The notes under the pieces: generated by a model
What the model was told of the DNA's origin: nothing
The model's input: the letters and a program-made list of their open reading frames with translations, nothing else
Database searches by the model: none
Source: Elusimicrobiota bacterium
GTDB taxonomy: Bacteria > Elusimicrobiota > Elusimicrobia > UBA1565 > JACRDR01
Assembly (NCBI GenBank): GCA_016194745.1
Contig: JACQBA010000013.1
Coordinates: 64,822-128,821, forward strand
Direction: 5' to 3'
Length of the DNA: 64,000 nt
Shown: positions 49,950 through 58,892 of the stretch, piece after piece
How positions within the stretch are numbered: the first letter of the stretch is position 1
How the letters are laid out: each line of letters opens with the position of its first letter
Translations under genes and position numbers: made by a program

Positions 49950-51845
49950 ATGCCCACCGTACTCTTCGCGCACGACAAGCCGCGCGCCATCCACAAGATC
50001 GGCCCGCTTCTGAAGAAGAAGGGGATCGCGGTGGTCGAGGTCTCGCACGCGGACCTGGGCAATGTCGCCGTGATCCTTGCGGGCGCGACTCTCGACGCGA
50101 TCGTCGTGGACGTCGGCTCGGACTCCTTCGCGACCGTCGAGACGCTGAAGAAGGCGCGCCTCGTGGGTCCCGGCCGCATCGTCGTGGCGCCGCCGCCGGG
50201 CACGATCGACGAGCAGCTCCCGGAGGTCTCCTACGTGCATCCGGGCAAGATCGTCGACGGCGTGCTCCGCGCGATCGGCGGCTCCGCGGCTCCCGCGGCG
50301 GGCGCCGGAGGCAAGCCTGCCGCCGCGCCCGCGCCCGCCGCGGCCACCACGGTCGAGCACATCATCCAGCTCAAGACCGAGAAGGTCCGGGAGCTGCGCA
50401 AGCGCGGCATCGACCCGTTTCCGATCCGCTTCTCGAAGAAGGATCTGGTCTCGGAGATCGTCCGGGTCGGCGATCCCCTCTCCAACGAGCAGCACTCCGG
50501 CAAGGAGCTGACGACCGCCGGCCGCATCGTGCAGCTGCGGCTCATGGGCAAGGCCGCGTTCTTCCATCTCCTCGACGGAAGCGGGAAGGGGCAGGTCTAC
50601 GCGCGCCTCGACACGCTGGGCGAGCCGGCGTTCGCCCTGCTGCGCGACGACATCCAGATCGGCGACTTCGTCGGGGTGTCCGGCGAGGTCTTCAAGACGA
50701 AGACCGGCGAACCGACCCTCAACGCGAAAAGCGTAACGCTCCTCGCCAAGGCGCTGCGCCCCCTGCCGGAGAAATGGCACGGCCTCAAGGACACGGAGGT
50801 CCGCTACCGCCAGCGCCACCTCGACTTGATCTCGAATCCGGAAGTGCGCGCGATCTTCGAGGCCCGCTCGAAGATGGTCCACGCGATCCGCCGGACGTTC
50901 CACGACCTCGGCTACCTCGAAGTCGAGACGCCCATCCTGCTGACCCAGGCCGGCGGCGCGACGGCGACGCCCTTCGAGACGTTCCACCGCGCCCTCGACG
51001 CCAAGCTCTCGCTGCGCATCGCCACCGAGCTCAATTTGAAGCGCCTCATCGTCGGCGGCTTCGAGCGCGTCTACGAGATCGGGCGGATTTTCCGCAACGA
51101 GGGCATCGACACGCGCCACAACCCCGAGTTCACGACGATCGAGGCGTACGAGGCGTACGGGGACTACCACACGATGATGGCCCTCGTGGAGCGGCTGTTC
51201 ACGGACATGTCCGCCGCGCTCGGCGTCGAATCCATCGACTACCGCGGGTCCACGATATCGCTCAAGCCTCCCTTCCGCCGGCTCTACATGCCCGAAATGT
51301 GGAAGGACCTGTGCGGAGAGGACATCCATAATATCCTGAAGGGCAAGGGCTTCGACCGCGCCGGCCTCGTGGCGCTCGGCAAGAAGCTCCACATCGAGTC
51401 GTCCGACGCGACGCCGAGCGCCAAGATCTTCGAGCGCATTTTCGACGCGAAGCTCCTGCCCGAGCTGGTCCAGCCTGCGTTCGTGCTCGACCACCCGACC
51501 GCGATCACGCCGCTCGCCAAGTGCAAGCCGGGCGATGAGTCGCTCGTCGAGCGCTTCGAGTTCTTCCTGGGCACCGACGAGCTCGCCAACGCCTACAGCG
51601 AGCTGAACGATCCCCTCGACCAGCGCGAGCGGCTCGAGGAGCAGATGCGGCAGAAAGCGGGCGGCCACGAGGAGGCGGACATCCTCGACGAGGATTTCGT
51701 GCACGCGATGGAAGTGGGCATGCCCCCCACGGGCGGCATCGGCATCGGCGTCGACCGCCTCGCGATGATCCTGACCGGCCATCCCTCCATCCGCGAAGTC
51801 ATCCTCTTCCCCACCCTCAAGGCCGAAGCCAAGTCCGAAGAATAA
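49950..51845 (+). CDS. lysS: lysine--tRNA ligase (class II) with ~130-aa N-terminal receiver-like extension
   Basis: Class-II motifs RYRQRHLDLI, FRNEGIDTRHNPEFTTIE and GGIGIGVDRLAMIL. The N-terminal 1-130 (MPTVLFAHDKPRAIHKIGPLLKKKGIAVVEV...IVVDVGSD) resembles a degenerate receiver fold. It is 631 aa against ~500 typical. Confidence 0.9.
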   Translation: MPTVLFAHDKPRAIHKIGPLLKKKGIAVVEVSHADLGNVAVILAGATLDAIVVDVGSDSFATVETLKKARLVGPGRIVVAPPPGTIDEQLPEVSYVHPGKIVDGVLRAIGGSAAPAAGAGGKPAAAPAPAAATTVEHIIQLKTEKVRELRKRGIDPFPIRFSKKDLVSEIVRVGDPLSNEQHSGKELTTAGRIVQLRLMGKAAFFHLLDGSGKGQVYARLDTLGEPAFALLRDDIQIGDFVGVSGEVFKTKTGEPTLNAKSVTLLAKALRPLPEKWHGLKDTEVRYRQRHLDLISNPEVRAIFEARSKMVHAIRRTFHDLGYLEVETPILLTQAGGATATPFETFHRALDAKLSLRIATELNLKRLIVGGFERVYEIGRIFRNEGIDTRHNPEFTTIEAYEAYGDYHTMMALVERLFTDMSAALGVESIDYRGSTISLKPPFRRLYMPEMWKDLCGEDIHNILKGKGFDRAGLVALGKKLHIESSDATPSAKIFERIFDAKLLPELVQPAFVLDHPTAITPLAKCKPGDESLVERFEFFLGTDELANAYSELNDPLDQRERLEEQMRQKAGGHEEADILDEDFVHAMEVGMPPTGGIGIGVDRLAMILTGHPSIREVILFPTLKAEAKSEE

Positions 51846-51849
51846 GCCT

Positions 51850-51900
51850 GAAAAGAGAATCCCCCCGCCCGATGTCGCTCGAGCGAGGGGATTTCAGCGT
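51850..51900. terminator. putative bidirectional terminator hairpin between convergent lysS and SIMPL genes
   Basis: AATCCCC...GGGGATT inverted repeat around an internal GC-rich segment. The U-tract is weak. Confidence 0.3.
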
Positions 51901-51909
51901 CGACCTCTG

Positions 51910-52620
51910 TTAGTCCATCAGCTCCCAGATGAAGTGGAGCACGCGCCGGACCGTGATCATCGCCTTCTCGGTGTCGACGAGGGGCGCGGGGGCCTCGGCC
52001 GATTCTCTGCTCATCATGGCGCGGGCCGCGGCGGGACGCGGGCCCGGGACCGGGACCTCGACGTGATGGTCGCCGCTCGCGACGAGCTTGCCGAGCCGGT
52101 TGCCGCTGGCGGTCGCGGACGCCTCGGCCTTGCCGCGGGCGTGCTGCGTCGCCTTCACGATCGCTTCCTGCTCCGCGGCGCGCTCGGCGGCCTCGGAGAG
52201 TCCGAAGCGCGGGTTGCTCATGCGCGGTCCGAGCGTCTGGAGCCGGGAGTGCAGGTTGCTGCCCTTGAGCCTGACCGTGATGATCGTCGTCGCTGTCCAG
52301 CCGCGATCGTGGTAGTTGCCGCGCTCGTCGCGCTCCTGGTACTTCTCGGGCTGCGAGGTGACGAAGGTGACAACGTCCTGCGCCGCGTTGATCTTGCTCT
52401 TAAGAGCGTTGACCTTCGTCTGGACCTTGGCCGCGAGGGCCGCGGCGACGGTGTCCTCGGTGGCCGGGAAGGCCTGCTTCTCCGTGACCGTTTCCTGCAC
52501 GGTCGCGACGTCCGGCTGGACCTCGACGGAGCCGTTGCCCGAGAACGAGGCGTACCGGTCGGCGTGAACGGCGACCGCCGGCAGCATTCCTAGAACCAAC
52601 GCCCACTTCAATGATCTCAT
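51910..52620 (-). CDS. SIMPL/DUF541-domain periplasmic protein
   Basis: Start is at MRSLKWALVLGMLPAVAVHA (ATG 52618-52620). SFSGNGSVEVQPDVATV followed by the lysine-rich KVNALKSKINAAQD is typical of DUF541. Confidence 0.55.
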   Translation of the reverse strand: MRSLKWALVLGMLPAVAVHADRYASFSGNGSVEVQPDVATVQETVTEKQAFPATEDTVAAALAAKVQTKVNALKSKINAAQDVVTFVTSQPEKYQERDERGNYHDRGWTATTIITVRLKGSNLHSRLQTLGPRMSNPRFGLSEAAERAAEQEAIVKATQHARGKAEASATASGNRLGKLVASGDHHVEVPVPGPRPAAARAMMSRESAEAPAPLVDTEKAMITVRRVLHFIWELMD

Positions 52621-52844
52621 GAGTGACCTCTCTTCCTTTGATGTACGCTCGGCGGCGACGACGCGTCGACCCGAGACGCTTGAAGTATACCCAGCGCTCG
52701 CTCCCGTCGAGTGAGCCTCCCGGGACGATTGCCGGCGGTTTTCGGCCCATACGCCTGTGGTGCGTTGGCTACAGAAGCTGTCTTGCCATCGGACGCCGCC
52801 CGGGGTCAATCAACTTTCGCACGGCAAAATGGTTTAATGGCCCC

Positions 52845-54065
52845 GTGAGCTTCGAGCGTTTCGTCGCCGCGCGCTACTTCAAGGCCAAGCGGAAGGGCCT
52901 CTTTTCCCTCCTTACCACGTTTCTCGGAGTCGCCGGCGTGACGCTGGGAGTGGCGGTGCTCGTCGCCACGATGTCCGTGATGAACGGTTTTCAGACCGAC
53001 ATCGAAAAGAAGGTGATCGGGGCGCAGGCGCACCTCGTCGTCTACGGAGCAGGCGACAAGGCCTCCCTCGAGCGCGCCGAAGGCGCTGTGAAAGCGAGGA
53101 AGGACGTCGTCGCGACGGCCCGCTTCGCCCTGGGCCAGGCCATCGTCACCTATCAAGGGCGCTCGAGCGGCGTGCTGCTCAAGGGCCTCGACCCGGAAAG
53201 CGAGTTCCGCGTCAACGACCTCGCCAAGACGCTGAAGGAAGGCTCGTGGAAGGGGATCGACGCCGGCAGCAAGCCCGCCGGCATCGTGCTCGGCACGGAG
53301 CTGTCCAAGGCGCTCGGCGCGTGGATCGGCTCCGAGATCGTGATCCTATCGCCGCAGGGCGCCAGCACCGGCTTCGGCCTTTTGCCCAAAATGAAGAAGT
53401 TCAAGGTCGTCGGGCTCCTTCACACGGGCTACTACGAGTTCGACAGCACCGGCGCCTACGCGGAGCTCGGGGAGGCGGCGTCGTTCCTCGGCCTCAAGGC
53501 CGGGGCGACCGGCATCGAGGCGCGCCTGTCGGACCTCCACAAGGCGGACGAGGCCGCGTCGGCCCTGCGCTACCAGCTGGGGTTCGATTTCGAGGTCCGC
53601 TCCTTCCGACAGATGAACCAGACGCTGTTCGCGGCGCTGCGGCTGGAGAAGTACATGATGTTCCTGCTCCTCACCTTCATCATCCTGGTTGCTTCCTTTA
53701 ATATCACCTCCAATCTCGTCCTGCTCGGGACCGAGAAGCTCAAAGACATCGGGCTGCTTAAGGCGATGGGCGCGACGCCCGGGCAGATCCGGACGATCTT
53801 TCTTTGGGAAGGCGCGCTGATCGGCGCGATGGGCGTCTTCTTGGGACTCCTGCTGGGCCTCGTCATCTGCTTCGTCATCTGGCGATACCCCCCCTTCGAA
53901 CTGCCCGGAGACATCTACTACCTGACGCGCATCCCGGTCGACGTGCGGCCCTGGGACCTCGTGGCGGTCGTGGCGGCGGGCATCGCCCTCTCGCTGTTGT
54001 CCTCCGTCTACCCCGCGTGGCACGCCAGCAAGGCGAACCCCGCGGAGGTCCTCCAGGAAGCGTAG
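52845..54065 (+). CDS. lolE: lipoprotein-releasing system permease (LolC/LolE, FtsX family)
   Basis: GTG start gives VSFERFVAARYFKAKRKGLFS (LolC/E N-terminus). It has a large periplasmic loop and C-terminal FtsX TM helices. Confidence 0.85.
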   Translation: MSFERFVAARYFKAKRKGLFSLLTTFLGVAGVTLGVAVLVATMSVMNGFQTDIEKKVIGAQAHLVVYGAGDKASLERAEGAVKARKDVVATARFALGQAIVTYQGRSSGVLLKGLDPESEFRVNDLAKTLKEGSWKGIDAGSKPAGIVLGTELSKALGAWIGSEIVILSPQGASTGFGLLPKMKKFKVVGLLHTGYYEFDSTGAYAELGEAASFLGLKAGATGIEARLSDLHKADEAASALRYQLGFDFEVRSFRQMNQTLFAALRLEKYMMFLLLTFIILVASFNITSNLVLLGTEKLKDIGLLKAMGATPGQIRTIFLWEGALIGAMGVFLGLLLGLVICFVIWRYPPFELPGDIYYLTRIPVDVRPWDLVAVVAAGIALSLLSSVYPAWHASKANPAEVLQEA

Positions 54066-54184
54066 CCCCGCATTCAGCGGCGGTAAACAATACTGTAAGC
54101 TTTATTCACTATACACTCATATTCGCGCGTTGCTAGGATTTCGTTGCCCGGGCCGAAAGCGTCCCGGGAACGGAGGATGCGCGA

Positions 54185-55198
54185 ATGAGAATGATTCAGG
54201 CGTTGCTGGCGGCGGCGGTGCTCGCGGCTTCGGCCGGAGCCCAGGGCGGCCCCGTCGAGCCTTATCTGCACGGCCTTTCCCCCGCCGAGAAGGCACAGTT
54301 CGTGTCCACGCTCCAAAAAAGCGTGTTGGAAGCCGCGCGGGAAGTGCTTCAGGACGTCAAGCATCCCAAGGTGCGCAACGGCGCCTACGCGCTGGACTTC
54401 CTCCGGGAACGCGTGCAACGGCGCATCGAGGCCAAGGAATTCGCGCTCACCCACCAGCGCGTGCAGAGCGCCTCGGGAGCGCTCGAGCGCAAGGTCTCGG
54501 AGGAGACGGCGAAGTTCCTCGAGGAGCTCGGGCCGGAGGTCGACCGCATGGCCCGCGACTCGCGCAGCGCGCGGGACCTCTCGACGCGTCTCATCGCCGT
54601 CTCGGACCACTTCGAGCAATGGGCGGGCGCCGCTCCCGCCAAAGCCGCGGCGGCACCGGCCGGGACGTTGACGCCGACGGCGGACAACGTGCTCGGCCCG
54701 TTCCACCGGCCCAACGCCCGTCTGTACGAGCCCACCGGTCCCATGCCCGACATCGCCGCGCGCGAGTCGGGCCGCCGGCTGCATATTCAAGGGCGCGTGC
54801 TTGACGTGAGCGGAAAGCCGATCCCGGGCGCGATCGTGGACGTCTGGCAGACGGACAAGGACGGCGCCTACGACATTCCCGATCCGCGCGAGCGCGATAA
54901 CCCGGCGTTTCCGTACCGGTTCCGCGGCCGCATCCGCACGTCGGATGACGGAAGCCACTCCTACGTGACGATCAAGCCCGGCAACTACGAGTTCGCCGAG
55001 AAGCAGTGGCGCAGCATGCACGTCCACTACAAGGTGACCGCGCCCGGCTTCAAGGACCTCGTGACGCAGCTCTTCTTCGAGGGCGACGCGTACAGTCCCG
55101 CCGACCCGTGGTGGAAGGCGTCGACGACGATCAAGCTGCGGACGCACCACAGCGGCATGGAGATGGGCAACTTCGACATCGTGCTCGAGAAGAAGTGA
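54185..55198 (+). CDS. secreted protein with intradiol ring-cleavage dioxygenase-like C-terminal domain
   Basis: Signal peptide MRMIQALLAAAVLAASAGAQ. GRVLDVSGKPIPGAIVDVWQTDKDGAYD matches the intradiol dioxygenase beta-sandwich signature. Confidence 0.65.
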   Translation: MRMIQALLAAAVLAASAGAQGGPVEPYLHGLSPAEKAQFVSTLQKSVLEAAREVLQDVKHPKVRNGAYALDFLRERVQRRIEAKEFALTHQRVQSASGALERKVSEETAKFLEELGPEVDRMARDSRSARDLSTRLIAVSDHFEQWAGAAPAKAAAAPAGTLTPTADNVLGPFHRPNARLYEPTGPMPDIAARESGRRLHIQGRVLDVSGKPIPGAIVDVWQTDKDGAYDIPDPRERDNPAFPYRFRGRIRTSDDGSHSYVTIKPGNYEFAEKQWRSMHVHYKVTAPGFKDLVTQLFFEGDAYSPADPWWKASTTIKLRTHHSGMEMGNFDIVLEKK

Positions 55199-55287
55199 CC
55201 CGATTGGGGCACCCCCGCGCGTGAGGCGACTCGCGCGCGGCCCAGCCCGGAGCCGGACGCATTTCGGCTCCGGGTATTTCTTTGGGC

Positions 55288-55700
55288 AAAAAGTTAAGGA
55301 GGGCCCCCTTTCGGAGACCCTCCCGTTTGGGCGCATGGAGGATGCTGCACTACGAAGCATAGAGGATTCGAATGACAGAACGGCAACATGGGGAAAGAGA
55401 CGGAGAGTTCCCTCCCATAAAGTTTAAGGAGGGCCCCCTTTCGGAGGCCCTCCCGTTTGGGCGCATGGAGGATGCTGCACTACGTAGCTTAAAGGATTCG
55501 AATGACAGTTCGGCAACAAGAGAATTGAAGCGGCTCTCTCTTTCTGCGGAGAATCGTTTCCCATAAAGTTTAAGGAGGGCCCCCTTTCGGAGGCCCTCCC
55601 GTTTGGGCGCATGGAGGATGCTGCACTACGTAGCATAGAGGATTCAGGTTACAGAACGGCAACGCGCGCACCGGATTTCGGACTCCGATCGCGGGAAAAT
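55288..55700. repeat. three tandem copies (periods ~131 and ~146 nt) of a conserved ~97-nt structured element between the dioxygenase-like gene and lolD
   Basis: Cores at 55288-55388, 55419-55518 and 55565-55663 share aaagtt(t)aaggagggccccctttcggagRccctcccgtttgggcgcatggaggatgctgcactacgWagcWtaRaggattc..cggcaac. Each core has a TAAGGAGG, an 8-bp hairpin GGAGGGCC/GGCCCTCC and an ATG opening MEDAALRS. On the minus strand the hairpin is followed by UUAAACUUU or UUAACUUUUU. Confidence 0.8.
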
Positions 55701-55716
55701 TGGTACTCTGTGCCAG

Positions 55717-56439
55717 ATGGATTCCTCGTCGAGGCCGGCCCTCGAGGCGAAAGGCGTGCACAAGAGCTACCGCAAGCTGCACGAGCGCGTCGACGTGCTC
55801 AAAGGCGCCGACCTGTCGGTGCGCGCGGGCGAGTTCGTCGCCGTCACGGGGCCGAGCGGCTCCGGAAAGTCGACGATGCTCCACCTCCTCGGCATGATGG
55901 ACGAGCCGGACGAAGGCGAGATCCTTCTCTTTGGCAGTCCCGTCAAAGACATGCCCGAGCTTGAGCGCGCTCGGCTGCGCAACTCCAAGCTCGGCTTCGC
56001 GTTCCAGTTCGACTCCCTGCTGCCGGATTTCACCGTACTGGAGAACGTCACGATGCCCGCCCGCATCGGCGGCTCGGCCGCGGACGCGGAGGCTCGGGCG
56101 CGAGAGCTCCTGGGCCGGTTCGGCCTCGGCGCGCTCACCGACCGCTTCCCGCAGGAACTCTCGGGCGGCGAGCGCCAGCGCGTGGCGATGGCCCGCGCGC
56201 TCGTCAACCGGCCCGCGCTCCTCCTCGCGGACGAGCCGACCGGCAACCTGGACAGGCGCAACGGAGAATTGGTATTTTATGCTCTGAAGGAAGTCGCCGA
56301 CAGCATCGGCGTGGCCGTCGTCCTGGTCACCCACAACGACTACGCCGCCCAGTTCGCCACCCGCATCTTGCGCCTGTCCGAAGGACGCGTCACCGAGGTA
56401 GAAGCGATCGAACCGAGCAAGGGGAGCCTGAAACCATGA
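55717..56439 (+). CDS. lolD: lipoprotein-releasing ABC transporter ATP-binding protein
   Basis: Walker A GPSGSGKST, LSGGERQRVAMARAL and Walker B LLLADEPTGNLD. 240 aa. Confidence 0.9.
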   Translation: MDSSSRPALEAKGVHKSYRKLHERVDVLKGADLSVRAGEFVAVTGPSGSGKSTMLHLLGMMDEPDEGEILLFGSPVKDMPELERARLRNSKLGFAFQFDSLLPDFTVLENVTMPARIGGSAADAEARARELLGRFGLGALTDRFPQELSGGERQRVAMARALVNRPALLLADEPTGNLDRRNGELVFYALKEVADSIGVAVVLVTHNDYAAQFATRILRLSEGRVTEVEAIEPSKGSLKP

Positions 56440-57329
56440 AGATCTGGATCGACGGCCGCCACTACGAGAAGGAAGACGCGAAGATCTCGGTCTACGATCA
56501 CGGCCTGCTCTACGGGGACGGCGTGTTCGAGGGCATCCGCGCCTACAACGGCCGGATTTTCCACCTGCGCGAGCACCTAGCGCGGCTATTCAACTCGGCC
56601 AAAGGAATCCTGCTGGACGTCCCGTGGAGCCGCCACGAAGTCGAGCAGGCGATCCTGGAGACGGTGCGCCTCAACGGGTTCAAGGACGCCTACATCCGCG
56701 TCGTCCTGACGCGGGGCGTGGGCGACCTCGGCCTCGACATGCGCAAGTGCAAGAAGGCCACGCTCATCATCATCGCCGACAAGATTCAGCTTTATCCGGA
56801 ATCGGTCTACAAGAAGGGCCTCGAGCTCATCACGTCCAGCCTCCGCCGGATCTCTCCGGACATGCTGAGCCCCTCGATCAAGTCCCTTAACTATCTCAAC
56901 AACATCCTGGCCCGCGCCGAGGCGACCCGCGCCGGCGCGCAGGAGGCGATCCTCCTCAACCAGGACGGGCACGTCGCCGAGTGCTCGGGCGACAACATCT
57001 TCTTCCTGCGCGACGGAAAGCTCTACACGCCGCCGGTGTGGGCGGGGATCCTCGAGGGCGTCACTCGAAACGTCGTGATGAAGCTCGCGAAGGACCACCT
57101 GAAGCTCGAGGTCCTGGAGGAGATCTTCACGTGCTTCGAGCTCTATCGCGCCGAGGAAGTGTTCGTCACCGGCACGGGCGCCGAGATCATCGGCGTTACC
57201 AAGATCGACGGCCGGGTCATCTCCGGCGGCCAGACGGGTCCGGTCACGACAAAACTGGTCGAGGTGTTCCGGGACTACGCGTCCAAGAACGGGACGCCCG
57301 TCTTCGAGGCCGCCGGCGCCCGCAGCTAG
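56436..57329 (+). CDS. ilvE: branched-chain amino acid aminotransferase (class IV)
   Basis: VFEGIRAY, FHLREHLARLFNSAK, IKSLNYLNNILA, YTPP, GITRNVVMKLAKDHL and EVFVTGTGAEI align with IlvE. The ATG overlaps the lolD stop. Confidence 0.8.
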   Translation: MKIWIDGRHYEKEDAKISVYDHGLLYGDGVFEGIRAYNGRIFHLREHLARLFNSAKGILLDVPWSRHEVEQAILETVRLNGFKDAYIRVVLTRGVGDLGLDMRKCKKATLIIIADKIQLYPESVYKKGLELITSSLRRISPDMLSPSIKSLNYLNNILARAEATRAGAQEAILLNQDGHVAECSGDNIFFLRDGKLYTPPVWAGILEGVTRNVVMKLAKDHLKLEVLEEIFTCFELYRAEEVFVTGTGAEIIGVTKIDGRVISGGQTGPVTTKLVEVFRDYASKNGTPVFEAAGARS

Positions 57330-57360
57330 CGCTCCGCCGTCGCCGCGACGCCGTTTCACG

Positions 57361-57789
57361 ATGCTCTGCAGCCGCTGCCAACGCAACGAGTCGGAAGTCC
57401 TGCTCAAGCAGATCGCGGAGAACTACGTCAGCCAGACCGCGCTGTGCCGGGCCTGCGCGGAGAAAGCGCTGGCCGAGCAGCACGAGAGCGTCCTGACCGG
57501 TCTCCTCGCGGACATCCTCTCGACGCGGAGGCCCGGGCCCAGGGAACGCGCCTGCCCCGCGTGCGGGCTGACCTTCGCGCGCCTGCGCGACTCGGGCCGC
57601 GTGGGCTGCGCCGAATGCTACTCCGCCTTCCGCGAGGCCCTCGACGACGCGCTGCGGCGCGTGCACGGCGCCTCCAAGCATACGGGACTCGCGCCCGCCG
57701 CCGAGACGCGCCGTCAACTCGACGACGCGATCGCCCGGGAAGACTTCGAAGCCGCCGCGCGCCTGCGCGACCGGCTTCGCGAACCATGA
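57361..57789 (+). CDS. mcsA: protein-arginine kinase activator McsA (zinc fingers plus UVR motif)
   Basis: CSRCQ...CRAC...CPACGLTFARLRDSGRVGCAECYSAFREALDDALRRVHG and the UVR-like EDFEAAARLRDRLRE match Bacillus McsA. Confidence 0.8.
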   Translation: MLCSRCQRNESEVLLKQIAENYVSQTALCRACAEKALAEQHESVLTGLLADILSTRRPGPRERACPACGLTFARLRDSGRVGCAECYSAFREALDDALRRVHGASKHTGLAPAAETRRQLDDAIAREDFEAAARLRDRLREP

Positions 57790-58838
57790 GCTTCCAGCTG
57801 CAGAACCTCCTCAAGCTCAAGATGAACTGGGCGACCGCTTCGGGCCCGACGCACGAGACGGTGTTGTCCTCCCGCGTGCGGCTCGCCCGGAACCTGGCCC
57901 GGCTGCCGTTTCCCTCGCACGGCTCGCCGCGTCACGCGGCCGCGGCCCTGGAGGACGCCTTCGCGGCGGGACGCCGCAGCCGGCCGCTCGCCAAGGCGGC
58001 CTACCTCCGGCTCGACGAGCTCGAGCCGACGGAACATCTCTTTCTCGCGGAGCGGCGGCTCATCAGCCCGGCCCTGCTCCAGAACCCGAAGCAGCGCGGC
58101 GTCATCGTGGGTGAGCGCGAAATCTTGAGCGTGATGGTGAACGAGGAGGACCATCTCCGCCTTCAAGCGGTCGACTCCGGCCTCTGCCTCCCGTCGCTCT
58201 GGCAGCGCCTGTCGGCCCTCGACGCGGAGTTCGGGCGCTCGCTCGAGTTCGCCTACGACCGCCGCTGGGGCTACCTGACCTCCTGCCCCACCAACGCCGG
58301 CACCGGCATGCGCGTCTCGGCCCTGCTCCACCTGCCCGGCCTCGCGATCGCAGGAATGATCAATCCGATCCTCAAGGGCCTGCAGAAGATCGGCATGACC
58401 GCGCGCGGCATGTACGGGGAAGGGACCAAGGTCCTCGGCGACTTCTATCAAGTGTCCAACGCAACGACGCTGGGGCGCTCGGAGGAGGACTTCGTCCAGC
58501 GCGTCTCCGGCGCGGTGCTCGGCGTCGTGGAGCGCGAGCGGGAGGCGCAGCGCGCCCTCTCGGAAGGCGCCCGACGGATCGAGATCGAGGACCTGGTGCA
58601 TCGCGCGATCGGGATCCTGAGCCACGCGCGCTCCATCTCCTTCGAAGAGGGGATGCAGCACCTCTCGTACGTCCGTCTGGCGCTGTCGCTGCGCTGGAAG
58701 ATGCCGATCGGCTGGGAGGCGCTCAACGAGCTCTTGGTCCTCGCGCAGCCCGCGCACCTCCAGATGAGGGCCGGACGCGCGGTCGCGAGCGCGGAGCGCC
58801 GCGTCCTGCGCGCGGACATGATCCGTGCCGCCTTCTAA
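57786..58838 (+). CDS. mcsB: protein arginine kinase McsB (ATP:guanido phosphotransferase)
   Basis: Start is at MSFQLQNLLK, ATGA-overlapped with mcsA. The phosphagen-kinase catalytic loop is YLTSCPTNAGTGMRVS and the EDHLRLQ motif is present. Confidence 0.85.
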   Translation: MSFQLQNLLKLKMNWATASGPTHETVLSSRVRLARNLARLPFPSHGSPRHAAAALEDAFAAGRRSRPLAKAAYLRLDELEPTEHLFLAERRLISPALLQNPKQRGVIVGEREILSVMVNEEDHLRLQAVDSGLCLPSLWQRLSALDAEFGRSLEFAYDRRWGYLTSCPTNAGTGMRVSALLHLPGLAIAGMINPILKGLQKIGMTARGMYGEGTKVLGDFYQVSNATTLGRSEEDFVQRVSGAVLGVVEREREAQRALSEGARRIEIEDLVHRAIGILSHARSISFEEGMQHLSYVRLALSLRWKMPIGWEALNELLVLAQPAHLQMRAGRAVASAERRVLRADMIRAAF

Positions 58839-58857
58839 CCCGCCGCGGCGGCGGGTA

Positions 58858-58886
58858 TTGTCACTAAATGGTTCATAGTCTACAAT
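58858..58886 (+). promoter_or_regulatory. sigma70-like promoter of fprA (TTGTCA-N17-TACAAT) giving a leaderless or near-leaderless mRNA
   Basis: The -10 ends at 58886 and the ATG is at 58893, 7 nt downstream. There is no room for an SD. It is preceded by a GC hairpin CCCGCCGC.GCGGCGGG after mcsB. Confidence 0.55.
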
Positions 58887-58892
58887 AGCGCC

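Noticed and set aside
54074-55360. 428-aa minus-strand ORF, and the related ORFs 55424-55636(-) and 55570-56334(-) starting MLRSAASSMRPNGR...
   Set aside because: They are antisense to the dioxygenase-like gene and lolD, and they begin inside the tandem repeat. That explains why three ORFs share the same N-terminus. I treat them as an artefact of the repeat, not as paralogous genes.
55221-55964. Short plus-strand ORFs 55221-55427, 55372-55566 and 55611-55964, all containing MEDAALRS...
   Set aside because: They are generated by the triplicated element. Only the first ~12 residues are conserved between copies and the SD-to-ATG spacing (32 nt) is too long. I do not call them as CDSs, but the region is reported as a finding.
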